From: Bradymonadia bacterium
Lineage (GTDB): Bacteria > Myxococcota_A > Bradymonadia > UBA7976 > UBA1532
DNA length: 64,000 nt
Direction: 5' to 3'
Assembly (NCBI GenBank): GCA_046290225.1
Contig: JBKAGE010000075.1
Location: 192,001-256,000, forward strand
The translations under genes were made by a program, and so were the position numbers. Below the pieces are notes generated by a model that was not told where the DNA came from, searched no databases, and saw only the letters and a list, made by a program, of their open reading frames with translations. Shown here piece by piece: positions 18,948-27,902 of the stretch. Every line of letters starts with the position of its first letter. The first letter of the stretch is position 1.

Positions 18948-21158
18948 ATGAGCGAAGACGCCCCGAAGGTGGTCCAGGACGCGATCCTGGTCCTCAGGAC
19001 CGTCAAGAGTGAGCTTGATGACGGCCGCAAGCCCTACGCCAGCGACATCCGCCGCATCATCGAGCGGGGGTTGGGCCTGGGCTTTGCCCAGTACATTCAG
19101 TTCCTCGAGCGCTACGGATTCGTCACGCTCGACCGCCGCAGCGATCTGCTCAAGCTCACGCGGGCAGGGCAGGCAGTGGTCGATGCTGATCCAGATCGCA
19201 TCGGCGCCCTTGAGGGCGACGCCCGGTACTACTTCGGGGAGCAGTTCGAGCAGGCGGAAGCCCAAAAGGCCGCCGAGGCCCTCGAAGAGCAACAGGGTGT
19301 GAAATTCGACGCCCGGTACCTGCGCTACGAGTCACTCGGCAAGGGTGGCCTGGGCACGGTGTGGCGAGGTCGCCTGCTCAGCATCGATCGTCCTGTGGCC
19401 ATCAAGACGATCGATCACCTGTTCAGCTACTTCACGCCACAACAGAAGGACGAGATCGTCCGTCGGCTGCTGCTGGCGGTGCGCAAGCACGCCACCATCA
19501 TCAGCCCCTTCGTGGTGCAGATCCTCGATCAGAACACGCTGCACGATCCGCCCTACTACACGATGGAATACGCCCCTGGGGGCAACCTGCGCACGCTCCT
19601 CGATCGAGGCGCCCTGCCAGCCCCTGTGGCCATGCGCTACTTCATCCAGGTGGCGCTCGGCCTGAAGGCTGCCCACGAGGTGGGCATGATCCACCGGGAT
19701 CTCAAGCCGGAGAACATTCTCCTCGACGACAGCGGCAACGCGAAGATCTCCGACTTCAGCATGACCCGTATCGTGGAGCGGGACGGCCGCAGCATGGTGC
19801 AGGCCTATGTGGGCTTCGGCTCCGTGGGCTACATGGCGCCGGAGCAGTTCCACCCTGGCCGTACGCCGGGGCCCCGAGCAGACATCTACGCCCTGGGCAT
19901 CTTGCTCTACGAGATGCTGGTCGGGCGGCTGCCGGGCCGCCGCTCGCCCATGCCCAGCGACGTCGTGGAGGGCTTGAGCACCGACATCGACGACATCTTC
20001 GATTTCATGACTCAGGACGATCCGGCGAAGCGCCCTCGGAACATCGATCAGGTGCTCACCCAGATCTGGACCTCGAAGACGCTGGTGGAGCTGCTGGACG
20101 CCCGTCAGGCACCCTTCTTCGTCGAGCCGCCGGTAGAGCTGCCGGGCTTCCCGGAGCGCGGTCAAGTGGCCCTGCCCCCGGAGGCGGGCGCCCGAGAGGT
20201 ACCTTCGGTGCCCACCGCAGCCCCCCGAACAGTCAGCTCGAGCCCCAAGATCGAAGAGACCCCTGCAGAGGGAGACGATCCCGAGCCTGAGCGGGCCGGT
20301 GCCTCAGAGCCGTTGCCCTCTGAGCCTCTGACCGCCTCGCCGACGCCGGTCATCGCGCCGCGAAAGCCCAAGGCGAGCCTCGCCTCGGCAGGGCGCCCGT
20401 CGCCGAGCAAGCCGGCATCCACCTTGGGGCGCATCTCGCTCACCTCCCGGGAGATCCCCGAGGTAAAGGAGGTGCATCGCGCGCCGCCAGAGGGGGAGCC
20501 CAACACGCCGGACACCCCCTTGCCGTCGAAGGCGACCTCTGCAAAGTCAGAGGATGCCTCCAAGACATCGAGCCTCGAAAACAAGGCTGGTGAGGCCTCG
20601 ATTGCCTCGACCCCCACGACTCCGCCCATCCCCGAAGAGGAGGCCATCGATCTCTCGGAAGAGGCCATGCCTCTCGACGAGTCCGAGCAGACCCAGGATG
20701 GCCCGGACGACGAGGCCTCCCTGGTGGATCCTGCCCCCGCTGGGGAAGCGCCCATGGCGGCGACGATGGCGGTGTCCATCATCGACGAGTCCGTGGACGA
20801 TGCGCCCCGGCCGTCCCCTGTGCCCAAGCCTGCCCAGGCGATCCCCGTGGCGACACCGGTCCCGGCGAGCCCTGAGGCGGGGGTCGACGTGAGTGAAGAG
20901 TTGTTCGCCGATGATGATCTCGAAGACGAGATCAAACGGCCTGATCAGACTGGGGAGTTCGAGAACGAGCTGCCACCGGATGGTGACATGACCGGCGCCA
21001 TGGAGATGGGGGCTCAGGCGTTCCTCGAAGAGGGGGATGACGACTCAGTGGCTGATCCGCGTCTTTCCACTGCTGTTGTGGATACGCGCAAGGCGGAAGG
21101 CCCATCTCAGGCGCAGCGCAACCTGAGCGAGACGCTCAAGCACATCCGGAAGGGCTGA
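18948..21158 (+). CDS. Ser/Thr protein kinase with N-terminal winged-helix-like domain and long acidic/Pro-rich tail
   Basis: LGKGGLGTV, VAIK, HRDLKPEN, KISDFS, YMAPE, ADIYALG. Confidence 0.9.
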   Translation: MSEDAPKVVQDAILVLRTVKSELDDGRKPYASDIRRIIERGLGLGFAQYIQFLERYGFVTLDRRSDLLKLTRAGQAVVDADPDRIGALEGDARYYFGEQFEQAEAQKAAEALEEQQGVKFDARYLRYESLGKGGLGTVWRGRLLSIDRPVAIKTIDHLFSYFTPQQKDEIVRRLLLAVRKHATIISPFVVQILDQNTLHDPPYYTMEYAPGGNLRTLLDRGALPAPVAMRYFIQVALGLKAAHEVGMIHRDLKPENILLDDSGNAKISDFSMTRIVERDGRSMVQAYVGFGSVGYMAPEQFHPGRTPGPRADIYALGILLYEMLVGRLPGRRSPMPSDVVEGLSTDIDDIFDFMTQDDPAKRPRNIDQVLTQIWTSKTLVELLDARQAPFFVEPPVELPGFPERGQVALPPEAGAREVPSVPTAAPRTVSSSPKIEETPAEGDDPEPERAGASEPLPSEPLTASPTPVIAPRKPKASLASAGRPSPSKPASTLGRISLTSREIPEVKEVHRAPPEGEPNTPDTPLPSKATSAKSEDASKTSSLENKAGEASIASTPTTPPIPEEEAIDLSEEAMPLDESEQTQDGPDDEASLVDPAPAGEAPMAATMAVSIIDESVDDAPRPSPVPKPAQAIPVATPVPASPEAGVDVSEELFADDDLEDEIKRPDQTGEFENELPPDGDMTGAMEMGAQAFLEEGDDDSVADPRLSTAVVDTRKAEGPSQAQRNLSETLKHIRKG

Positions 21159-21176
21159 GCCAGAGCAGCTGCGCTG

Positions 21177-21210
21177 TGAGCGGACGGCCTGACGGATGGC
21201 CGTCCGCTCA
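21177..21210. repeat. Perfect 13-bp inverted repeat between convergent genes (REP-like or bidirectional hairpin)
   Basis: TGAGCGGACGGCC-tgacggat-GGCCGTCCGCTCA; the same 13-mer starts the element at 42852. Confidence 0.8.
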
Positions 21211-23586
21211 GTTCAAGCCCTTGATCACATCCTTCGCCGCCTGCACCAGGGTGGCGTCAGCTTCCTTGCCCACAAACGCGTTGAGAGGCTCCAGAGCAGC
21301 CTTGAGCTTGAGCGCCTTGAAGGCCTCGATGGCCGCCTTGCGGACCTCCAGCTCGTCGTCTTCCAGAGCAGAGGCGATGACCTCGACGGCGCTGGGGTGG
21401 TGGGTGCTCGCCACCACCATCAGGGTAGCCTTGCGCACCTTGAGATCAGGATCCTGCACCAGGGGGCCCAACGCGGCGCTCACGGCACCGCCGTTCTTCA
21501 CGAGGCGGAAACCTTCCACGGCCTGACGGCGAACCTCGGCGTCTTTGTCGAAGACCAGCTCGTTGAAGTACGACATCAGCGACTGCTGCGCCTTGCCAGT
21601 CATCACATAGCCGATCTTCACCATGGCCCCCGTGGCGGCTTGACGGACCCGAGCCTCCTTGTGGGCACGGTTCTCCGCTGCAGGGGCGAGGCCTTCGGTG
21701 GCCTCGAGGGTGCCGAGGCTCTCGAGGGCGTGGGCCAGGACCATGGTGTCTTCGGACTGGGTGTAGCCCATGAGGAACTTCACGCTCTGCTCGCCGGGGA
21801 AGCTCTGCAGAGCCAGGGCGGTCTCGCGCTGCACCTCGACAGCCTTGTCGTCGGCGAGCTTCATCAGATCGTCTTTGACGTCGTCACCCTTCATGATGCC
21901 GAAGCTGCGGGCCGCCGCAGCGCGGATGAGGGCCTCGCTGTCTCCGGCGAGCTTGCGCAGGGGGCTCAGGGCCTTGCGGCGGATCTTGGCGCCGCCCTTG
22001 GCCACGAGATCACCGAGGGTGGACACCGCCGCCCGGCGCAGGAGCTTGTCGCTCTCCCCCGTGCCCTTGAGCACGAAGTCCAAGTTCTGAGCGCCGTAGA
22101 CAGCGCGGACCGCGTCGAGGACCGCCACGCCGCTCTCGGCGTCGTCGGCCCCGGCGGCGGCGAGGGGCTTGAGGGCGCTGGGCTTCGCCAGGGTGCCCAG
22201 GGCCTTGGCTGCGGCGATGCGGGCCTCGGGGGCCTTGTGCTTCAGGGCCTTGCCCAGAGCGTCGTAGGTCTTGCCGTCGTCGAAGTCGGTGAGGGCCGCT
22301 GCTGCGACGGCGCTCTCGGGGCCTTCACCTTCCACCACCAGGTACATCAGGCCATCGTGGCGGCTGGTCTTGTCTTCACCACCGATGAGGGCCTGAGCCA
22401 CGGCAGTGCGGACCTCGGCCTTGCGCTTGCTGTCGGCGAGCACCGCGGAGAGCGCCTTGAAGTCACCCCGCTTCTGCAGGCTGGCGATGGCGGCGTCGCG
22501 GACCCCGGCGTCGGCGTGGTTGAGGATCTTGAGCAGCTGCTCGCCGGCCTCTTTCTCCTTGCTGTTGCCCAGGCCCACAGCGGCCTGCTTCACGATCTCG
22601 GGGTTCTCGCTGCGCAGGGCGTGGTACTGCGCCGCGGTACTGAACTTCGGATCCTTGCTCTTGCTGAGGATCGCCGCCGCCTGATCTTTGAGATCAGCCT
22701 CGCGATCGTCGTCCATGATCTTGCGGATGGCGGCGTTGACCTTCTTGTTGTCCATGCCGTCGAGGCCGGTGAGGGCTGCAGAGCGCAGCCGCTTGTCAGC
22801 CATCTTCAGCACGGGAAGCAGGCGGCCCTGAAGATCTTTCATGCCCAGCAGGGGGGCCGCCTTGATGGTGGCGAGGGCGGCGTCACCGCCCTTGTCGAGA
22901 TTGCCCCAGAAGGCCTTCACCAGGGCCTCGTCGCCAGACTTCAGGCGACTCACCGCGGCATCGCGGGTCATGAGATCACCGCTGGGCAGCTGCACGAGCA
23001 CGCTGGTGATCTCGTTGGGGGGCAGCACCTGATGCAGGGGCAGGGACAGCATGTAGGCGGGCTGAGGCACGTCGGCCCGAGTCCAGCCGTCGTCCTGCTT
23101 CTTGGGGAAGATGACCTTCGAGGCGCCGTTCTCGGTGAACGTGTACACCGTCTCCGCCATCACAATGGGGTGGTAGGCGCCCTTGTCGGTGTCGAGGTAG
23201 ACATAGACCACCCCCGTCTGCTCGGCGTCGGGCTTGAACGCCAGGCGGGCCTTGCCATAGGAGCCCTTCTTTTTAGACACCAGCTTGGTGAAGAGGGCCC
23301 GGATGCGATCAGGCAGATTGCCCACCTCGATCTCGGTGGCCTCGGGCACCAGCACGTAGCGCTTGTCCCCCGCTCGGGACCACGCCTCGTAGCTGTAGCG
23401 GACCGTGGCGATCTTCTCCGCCTCTTTGGCCTTCTCTTTGGTCTTGATGGGGGCGGCAAAGGCTGGAACGCTCAGGCCCGCCACGAGGCCCACCATCACA
23501 CCGGAGGTGATCAGGGCGCGGCCGAGGGCGGTGATGAGCGGCGCCGGGCGGCTCAGGGCGATATGGTCCTGGCGAGAGCGCGACAT
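21208..23586 (-). CDS. Exported HEAT-repeat protein with possible GerMN-like N-terminal domain
   Basis: Signal peptide (SVPAFA); many HEAT repeats (VRDAAIASL, LRRAAVSTLG, VRRQAVEGF). Confidence 0.85.
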   Translation of the reverse strand: MSRSRQDHIALSRPAPLITALGRALITSGVMVGLVAGLSVPAFAAPIKTKEKAKEAEKIATVRYSYEAWSRAGDKRYVLVPEATEIEVGNLPDRIRALFTKLVSKKKGSYGKARLAFKPDAEQTGVVYVYLDTDKGAYHPIVMAETVYTFTENGASKVIFPKKQDDGWTRADVPQPAYMLSLPLHQVLPPNEITSVLVQLPSGDLMTRDAAVSRLKSGDEALVKAFWGNLDKGGDAALATIKAAPLLGMKDLQGRLLPVLKMADKRLRSAALTGLDGMDNKKVNAAIRKIMDDDREADLKDQAAAILSKSKDPKFSTAAQYHALRSENPEIVKQAAVGLGNSKEKEAGEQLLKILNHADAGVRDAAIASLQKRGDFKALSAVLADSKRKAEVRTAVAQALIGGEDKTSRHDGLMYLVVEGEGPESAVAAAALTDFDDGKTYDALGKALKHKAPEARIAAAKALGTLAKPSALKPLAAAGADDAESGVAVLDAVRAVYGAQNLDFVLKGTGESDKLLRRAAVSTLGDLVAKGGAKIRRKALSPLRKLAGDSEALIRAAAARSFGIMKGDDVKDDLMKLADDKAVEVQRETALALQSFPGEQSVKFLMGYTQSEDTMVLAHALESLGTLEATEGLAPAAENRAHKEARVRQAATGAMVKIGYVMTGKAQQSLMSYFNELVFDKDAEVRRQAVEGFRLVKNGGAVSAALGPLVQDPDLKVRKATLMVVASTHHPSAVEVIASALEDDELEVRKAAIEAFKALKLKAALEPLNAFVGKEADATLVQAAKDVIKGLN

Positions 23587-23715
23587 CAGCTTTCTCCGTC
23601 GTCTCGTCGATGAGTAAATGGGTGAGTTCTTCACAAAAGTGAGTATCTCTAAGATGAATTGGAGCGTGTGCATAGGGCAGACTTTCGCACCGAGTCAACC
23701 GTTTCACCCCCACTG

Positions 23716-25161
23716 ATGAATTCCCGGATGGTCCAGCCAACTTCGATACGCCGCCTTCGATGCGCCTCTCTCACACCCCGAGTCGTGTTGGTGTTGTGGG
23801 CGACGTGGCTCGTAGGGTGGACCCCTCAGGACCTCCCCGAGGGCATCAGCGTGTCGGATGAAGGGGGCGGCGAGATCTACACCATGGCCTCTCGGACTGT
23901 GGCGAAGCTCACCGGCGCAGTGAAAGGGGCCCTGGTGAACTGGCGATCGGCCCACGAGGCCCTCGCGCGGACGCCTGATCGAGGGCGTTGCGCCGAGCTC
24001 GCGCGCCGGGCGGGAGATCTCGACGAGCGCCTCGCGCGTCTCAGCGCCGCCTATCAGCAACTCGCTCAGCTGGCAGAAGAAGACGGCCCACGCTCGGTGG
24101 CCGAGAGCCACCGGCGAGCTGTGGACATGGTGGCCGCTCAGGTCAGATCTCACTCGGCGAGCTGGGCCCGGCAGTGTGCGCGTCTTCAGCCGACGGCGAG
24201 CGTCCCGGAGCCGTGGCCCGCGCCGCCGAGGGCGCTGTGCAGCGATCTGCACGTGAGCGGCGAGATCATGAACCTGTCGGGGGCCCGGTGGTTACGCAAG
24301 GCCAGGTCGCCTGGTGGGGGCGCTGACATCGCGCGTCACCTCGCCCGGCAGCTGGGCCGTGAGCGACCGACACAGTGGATGTATGTGATCGTCCTCGTCG
24401 ACGGGGCGGTCCTCGGTGACATGGGCCACCGCGCCTCGGCCTTCGTCAAGCGCCCGCTCAGGGGGGTGGGACCAGCGAGAGACTTCGACGTGCCTGGCTG
24501 GGTCATGCGCAGCTGGCCCATGCTCGATGGCGTGGTGGTGCTGCCCGGCGTCGATGGTCTGCAACGGGGTCCTGCCCTCAAGGGCTTGCTGCGGCCCTTC
24601 GCCAACCGTCTGGAGATCAAAGGGTGCAGCCCACAGCTGGTCGATCATTGGGGGTACGCCGACGTGGGGGGTCAGCTCGGCGGAGGCGCCCCTGGCTCCA
24701 TCGCCGAGGTCGGCCCCGGTGTCTATCGCATCAGCTCGGCTACGGACGGACCTCTGGGCCTTGCCGGGAATGGAGGCAACCTGGTGCCCTATGCAGATCT
24801 CGAGCTGTATTTGATGGGCTTGATCCCGGCCAAGCAGGTCGCGCCGGTCAGCTTCCTCGCGAACCCTCGTCCTCAGGCGGACGGCACCGTGAAGGCGGAC
24901 GGCCGATGCCGGGTCGATGGTCGCACCCTGGTGAAGCGGTTCGGGGTGAGGCCCAAGGCACCAGGCGTGTGGCCCGTGGGGATCGTTGTCGTCTCCGAAA
25001 CCCCCCTCGACGCCGGGCGTCTATCGAGATACCGACGCGCCGTCGACGCCTTCACCCGCCCCGGGCCCGACGACGCCCCCCGGCTGTACAACTTCTTCGA
25101 AGCCACAGGCGGTCGAGCCCGTCTGCTCCCCATCGTGCCCACTGACGCCGGCGGGTGTTGA
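23716..25161 (+). CDS. Hypothetical exported protein, metallopeptidase-like without HExxH
   Basis: HWG...GGQLGG...NGGNLVPYADLELYLMGLIP...YNFFEATGG; start uncertain. Confidence 0.6.
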   Translation: MNSRMVQPTSIRRLRCASLTPRVVLVLWATWLVGWTPQDLPEGISVSDEGGGEIYTMASRTVAKLTGAVKGALVNWRSAHEALARTPDRGRCAELARRAGDLDERLARLSAAYQQLAQLAEEDGPRSVAESHRRAVDMVAAQVRSHSASWARQCARLQPTASVPEPWPAPPRALCSDLHVSGEIMNLSGARWLRKARSPGGGADIARHLARQLGRERPTQWMYVIVLVDGAVLGDMGHRASAFVKRPLRGVGPARDFDVPGWVMRSWPMLDGVVVLPGVDGLQRGPALKGLLRPFANRLEIKGCSPQLVDHWGYADVGGQLGGGAPGSIAEVGPGVYRISSATDGPLGLAGNGGNLVPYADLELYLMGLIPAKQVAPVSFLANPRPQADGTVKADGRCRVDGRTLVKRFGVRPKAPGVWPVGIVVVSETPLDAGRLSRYRRAVDAFTRPGPDDAPRLYNFFEATGGRARLLPIVPTDAGGC

Positions 25162-25198
25162 TGCGTCAGAGGCTGGCTTCCGACCCTCACCTCGGGGC

Positions 25199-25645
25199 AT
25201 GCTCACTGCGATGATTGCTCAGCGACCTGAACTCTATACAGCCGTCGGTGGTCACGAAGGGCTGACCTCGATCATCACCGACTTCTACGACCGGCTCTTC
25301 GATGACGTCATGATCGGCTTCATGTTCCTCGGCCGGGACAAGGCGCGGTTGATCAAGCACGAGGTGCAGTTCACCGCCCGCATGCTCGGTGCCGAAGTGT
25401 CCTACGAGGGTCAGCCGGTGGTGAAGGCCCACGCCCGCCTGCCGATCATGGGCGGGCAGTTCAACCGACGCCTGCGCATCCTCGAAGACACGCTCGAAGA
25501 CCACGCCGTGCCCGAGGCCGTGCGCCAGGTGTGGCTCGGTCACACGGAGAGGCTGCGGGGGGCCATCCTCGGGAAGGGGGTCCACCCCGATCGTTGCAGC
25601 CACGACGCTCAGGCCGCCCGTGTGCGTGGAGATGGCGATTCATGA
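25199..25645 (+). CDS. Group 1 truncated (2/2) hemoglobin
   Basis: LYTAVGG, DFYDRL, F at CD1, YEG...KAH (proximal His); start at 25199 or 25211. Confidence 0.8.
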   Translation: MLTAMIAQRPELYTAVGGHEGLTSIITDFYDRLFDDVMIGFMFLGRDKARLIKHEVQFTARMLGAEVSYEGQPVVKAHARLPIMGGQFNRRLRILEDTLEDHAVPEAVRQVWLGHTERLRGAILGKGVHPDRCSHDAQAARVRGDGDS

Positions 25646-26160
25646 CGCCTATGGGGCCTCGCCATCGTTTCAGCTCCGGGACTCGCCGGGCAGTGCAGGC
25701 CCTCGTCGAGGCTGTAGGGCCTCCAGGCATGTCGGCGACAGAAGTGACCTCCGTCGTCAGGCGTCTGGAAGACCTCATCGGCCATTTCCCCTGGTACATG
25801 CGTCGGGGGCTGGTGCTCGGCATCTGGTTGCTGCAGTGGGGTGGTCCGCTGATGGGGTGGAGGCTCAGGCCTCTGAGCGCCTTGAGCCCCGAGGCTCGGG
25901 TTCGGCGGCTGCGCAAAGTGCTCTACAGCCGTCTGCGCCCCATTCGGTTGCTCTTCACCTCGCTCAAGGTGCTCATCAGCCTCGGGGTGTACTCCGAGGC
26001 CAGCATCGAGGCCCGTATGGGGGTCGATCGTCGAGGTTGGCGCCTGGCGAGGAAGAAGTTCCGTGAGGCGTTGTTGCAGGCCGACGTCGGCCGTCAGCTG
26101 CCACCGACACCGGAGCCTCTGGGTACGGAGCACGTCTCACCTGAGGGCTATTTGTCGTGA
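25642..26160 (+). CDS. Small partner protein of the GMC oxidoreductase (gluconate dehydrogenase subunit 3-like)
   Basis: LSALSPEARVRRL...LKVLISLGVYS pattern; overlaps both neighbours by 4 nt. Confidence 0.6.
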   Translation: MTPMGPRHRFSSGTRRAVQALVEAVGPPGMSATEVTSVVRRLEDLIGHFPWYMRRGLVLGIWLLQWGGPLMGWRLRPLSALSPEARVRRLRKVLYSRLRPIRLLFTSLKVLISLGVYSEASIEARMGVDRRGWRLARKKFREALLQADVGRQLPPTPEPLGTEHVSPEGYLS

Positions 26161-27683
26161 GCGCCTTCGCCCCCGAGCCACCCCCCATCGAAGATCTCGA
26201 CCAGCTGCCCGGTGACGATCGCCACACCCTCCACTGCGACGTCGTGGTGGTGGGCAGCGGGGCAGGGGGCGGTGCCGCCGCCGCCGCCCTCGCTGAAGCG
26301 GGCTTGACGGTCACCATCGTAGAGGAAGGCGGCCACCACGACACCGAGGCCTACTCTGCCGACGTATTGCAGATGATGGGGCGAATCCTGCGGGACGGCG
26401 GTTCCACGTTCATCGCCGGCAAGGCGCCGATCCCATACCTCGAAGGGTGCTGTGTCGGCGGCACCACGGTGGTGAATGGCGGCATGTGCTGGCGTACCCC
26501 GGAGAAGATCCTCGACGGGTGGGTGCAAGACTTCGGCCTCGAACAGCTCAGCCCCGAGGCGATGTCGCCCCTCTTCGACGAGGTCGAGGCCACCATCAAC
26601 GCTCGGCAGCAGGATCCCGGCAGCCAGGGAGGCAACAACGAAGTCTTCCGGCAGGGTGCAGAGCGAAAGGGCTGGCGGCTCTCGGTGAATCGTCGCAATC
26701 AGGTGCATTGCGTCGGCAGCAACGAGTGCGTGAGCGGCTGCCCATCAGGGGCCAAGCAGAGCAGCCTGCAGTCGTGGCTGCCTCGGGCAGGCAGGGCAGG
26801 GGCCAGAGTGCTGGCCCACAGCAAAGTAGAGAAGGTGCTCATCGAAGGCGGCCGGGCGGCAGGTGTCATGGGACGCAGCCGATGGCGAAAACGACCCTTC
26901 ACCATCAAGGCCCGAGCGGTGGTGATGGCCTGCGGCGCCGTACACACCCCCGTAGCATTGCTCAAGAACAAGATCGGTCGTCGCAGCGGTCAGGTGGGCC
27001 GCCACTTCACGTGTCACCCCAACGTGAAGCTGTTCGCCCGCTTCGACACACCAGTGGATTCAGCTCGAGGCACTCACCAGGCCTACCAGTGCACCGAGTT
27101 CGAGTCAGAGGGCATTCTCCTGGCCCCGGGCTCACTGCCGCTGCCCTTCATGTCGATGATCTTCTCCCACGACTTCGGTGAGAGCCTCGAGGCGAGACTC
27201 GAAGCACAACGCTACATGTTCCTCGGGGGCATCCTGGTGGAAGACTCCTCTGCAGGGCGGATCTCCACCCTCATGGGCCAGCCGCGGGTACGGTACGACG
27301 TGCAGCCTTTAGATCAGCAGAGGTTCATCAGGGGTGTGTGCATGTTCGCGGAGATGCTCTTCGACGTGGGCGCCCGTGAGGTCTACACCCCGTTCTTCCA
27401 CATGCCGGTGTTGAAGTCTCCTGACGACATCGCCCGCCTCAAGGCCCTCGAGCCCAAGGTGAAGGACACGGAGTACTTCACCGCCCACCTGATGGGCAGC
27501 TGCCGGATGCACAGCGATCCCCGTCAGGGCGTCGTGGGCCCCGATGGTCAGTGCTTTGATCTGCCGGGCCTGTACCTCGCCGACGCCAGCGTGATGCCCG
27601 GCCCTGTGGGGGTGAACCCGCAGGTGACCATCATGGCCTTGTCGCTGCTCATCGCGCGGCAGGTTGCAGAGGCGCTGGCCTGA
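26157..27683 (+). CDS. GMC family oxidoreductase
   Basis: CDVVVVGSGAGG, VGGTTVVNGG, HLMGSCRM, LYLADASVMP..VGVNPQVTIMAL. Confidence 0.92.
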   Translation: MSAFAPEPPPIEDLDQLPGDDRHTLHCDVVVVGSGAGGGAAAAALAEAGLTVTIVEEGGHHDTEAYSADVLQMMGRILRDGGSTFIAGKAPIPYLEGCCVGGTTVVNGGMCWRTPEKILDGWVQDFGLEQLSPEAMSPLFDEVEATINARQQDPGSQGGNNEVFRQGAERKGWRLSVNRRNQVHCVGSNECVSGCPSGAKQSSLQSWLPRAGRAGARVLAHSKVEKVLIEGGRAAGVMGRSRWRKRPFTIKARAVVMACGAVHTPVALLKNKIGRRSGQVGRHFTCHPNVKLFARFDTPVDSARGTHQAYQCTEFESEGILLAPGSLPLPFMSMIFSHDFGESLEARLEAQRYMFLGGILVEDSSAGRISTLMGQPRVRYDVQPLDQQRFIRGVCMFAEMLFDVGAREVYTPFFHMPVLKSPDDIARLKALEPKVKDTEYFTAHLMGSCRMHSDPRQGVVGPDGQCFDLPGLYLADASVMPGPVGVNPQVTIMALSLLIARQVAEALA

Positions 27684-27748
27684 CTCTGCAGCTGCCTGGC
27701 AGCAAACCCACCGACACCGTCAAATCCCCCACGACCACGCCAGAAACT

Positions 27749-27764
27749 CGTCAGTGTCTTGACG
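27749..27764. promoter_or_regulatory. CGTCA-N6-TGACG palindrome, candidate sigma54 activator (FleQ/FlrA-like) site
   Basis: cgtcagtgtcttgacg, ~85 bp upstream of a -24/-12 element; the same motif recurs at 51533. Confidence 0.6.
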
Positions 27765-27801
27765 TCTTTATTTCGGTGTTGAGTGCTCTTTATTTCGGTG
27801 T
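27765..27801. repeat. Two 15-bp direct repeats with 22-bp period
   Basis: tctttatttcggtgt at 27765-27779 and 27787-27801. Confidence 0.8.
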
Positions 27802-27840
27802 GCCTAGTGTTTTCAGTTGATTGTATGTGGTTTGTTCGGC

Positions 27841-27856
27841 TGGCACACCCCCTGCT
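27841..27856 (+). promoter_or_regulatory. Sigma54 (-24/-12) promoter of the flgF operon
   Basis: TGGCAC-ACCCC-CTGCT with exact GG-N10-GC spacing. Confidence 0.75.
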
Positions 27857-27902
27857 CTAGGACTCCCCGTCAGATTTTTCCCTGCGCTTGACGGAGGCTG
27901 TG

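Noticed and set aside
21196..23613. 805-aa plus-strand ORF
   Set aside because: Antisense shadow of the HEAT-repeat gene, common in high-GC DNA; no motifs.
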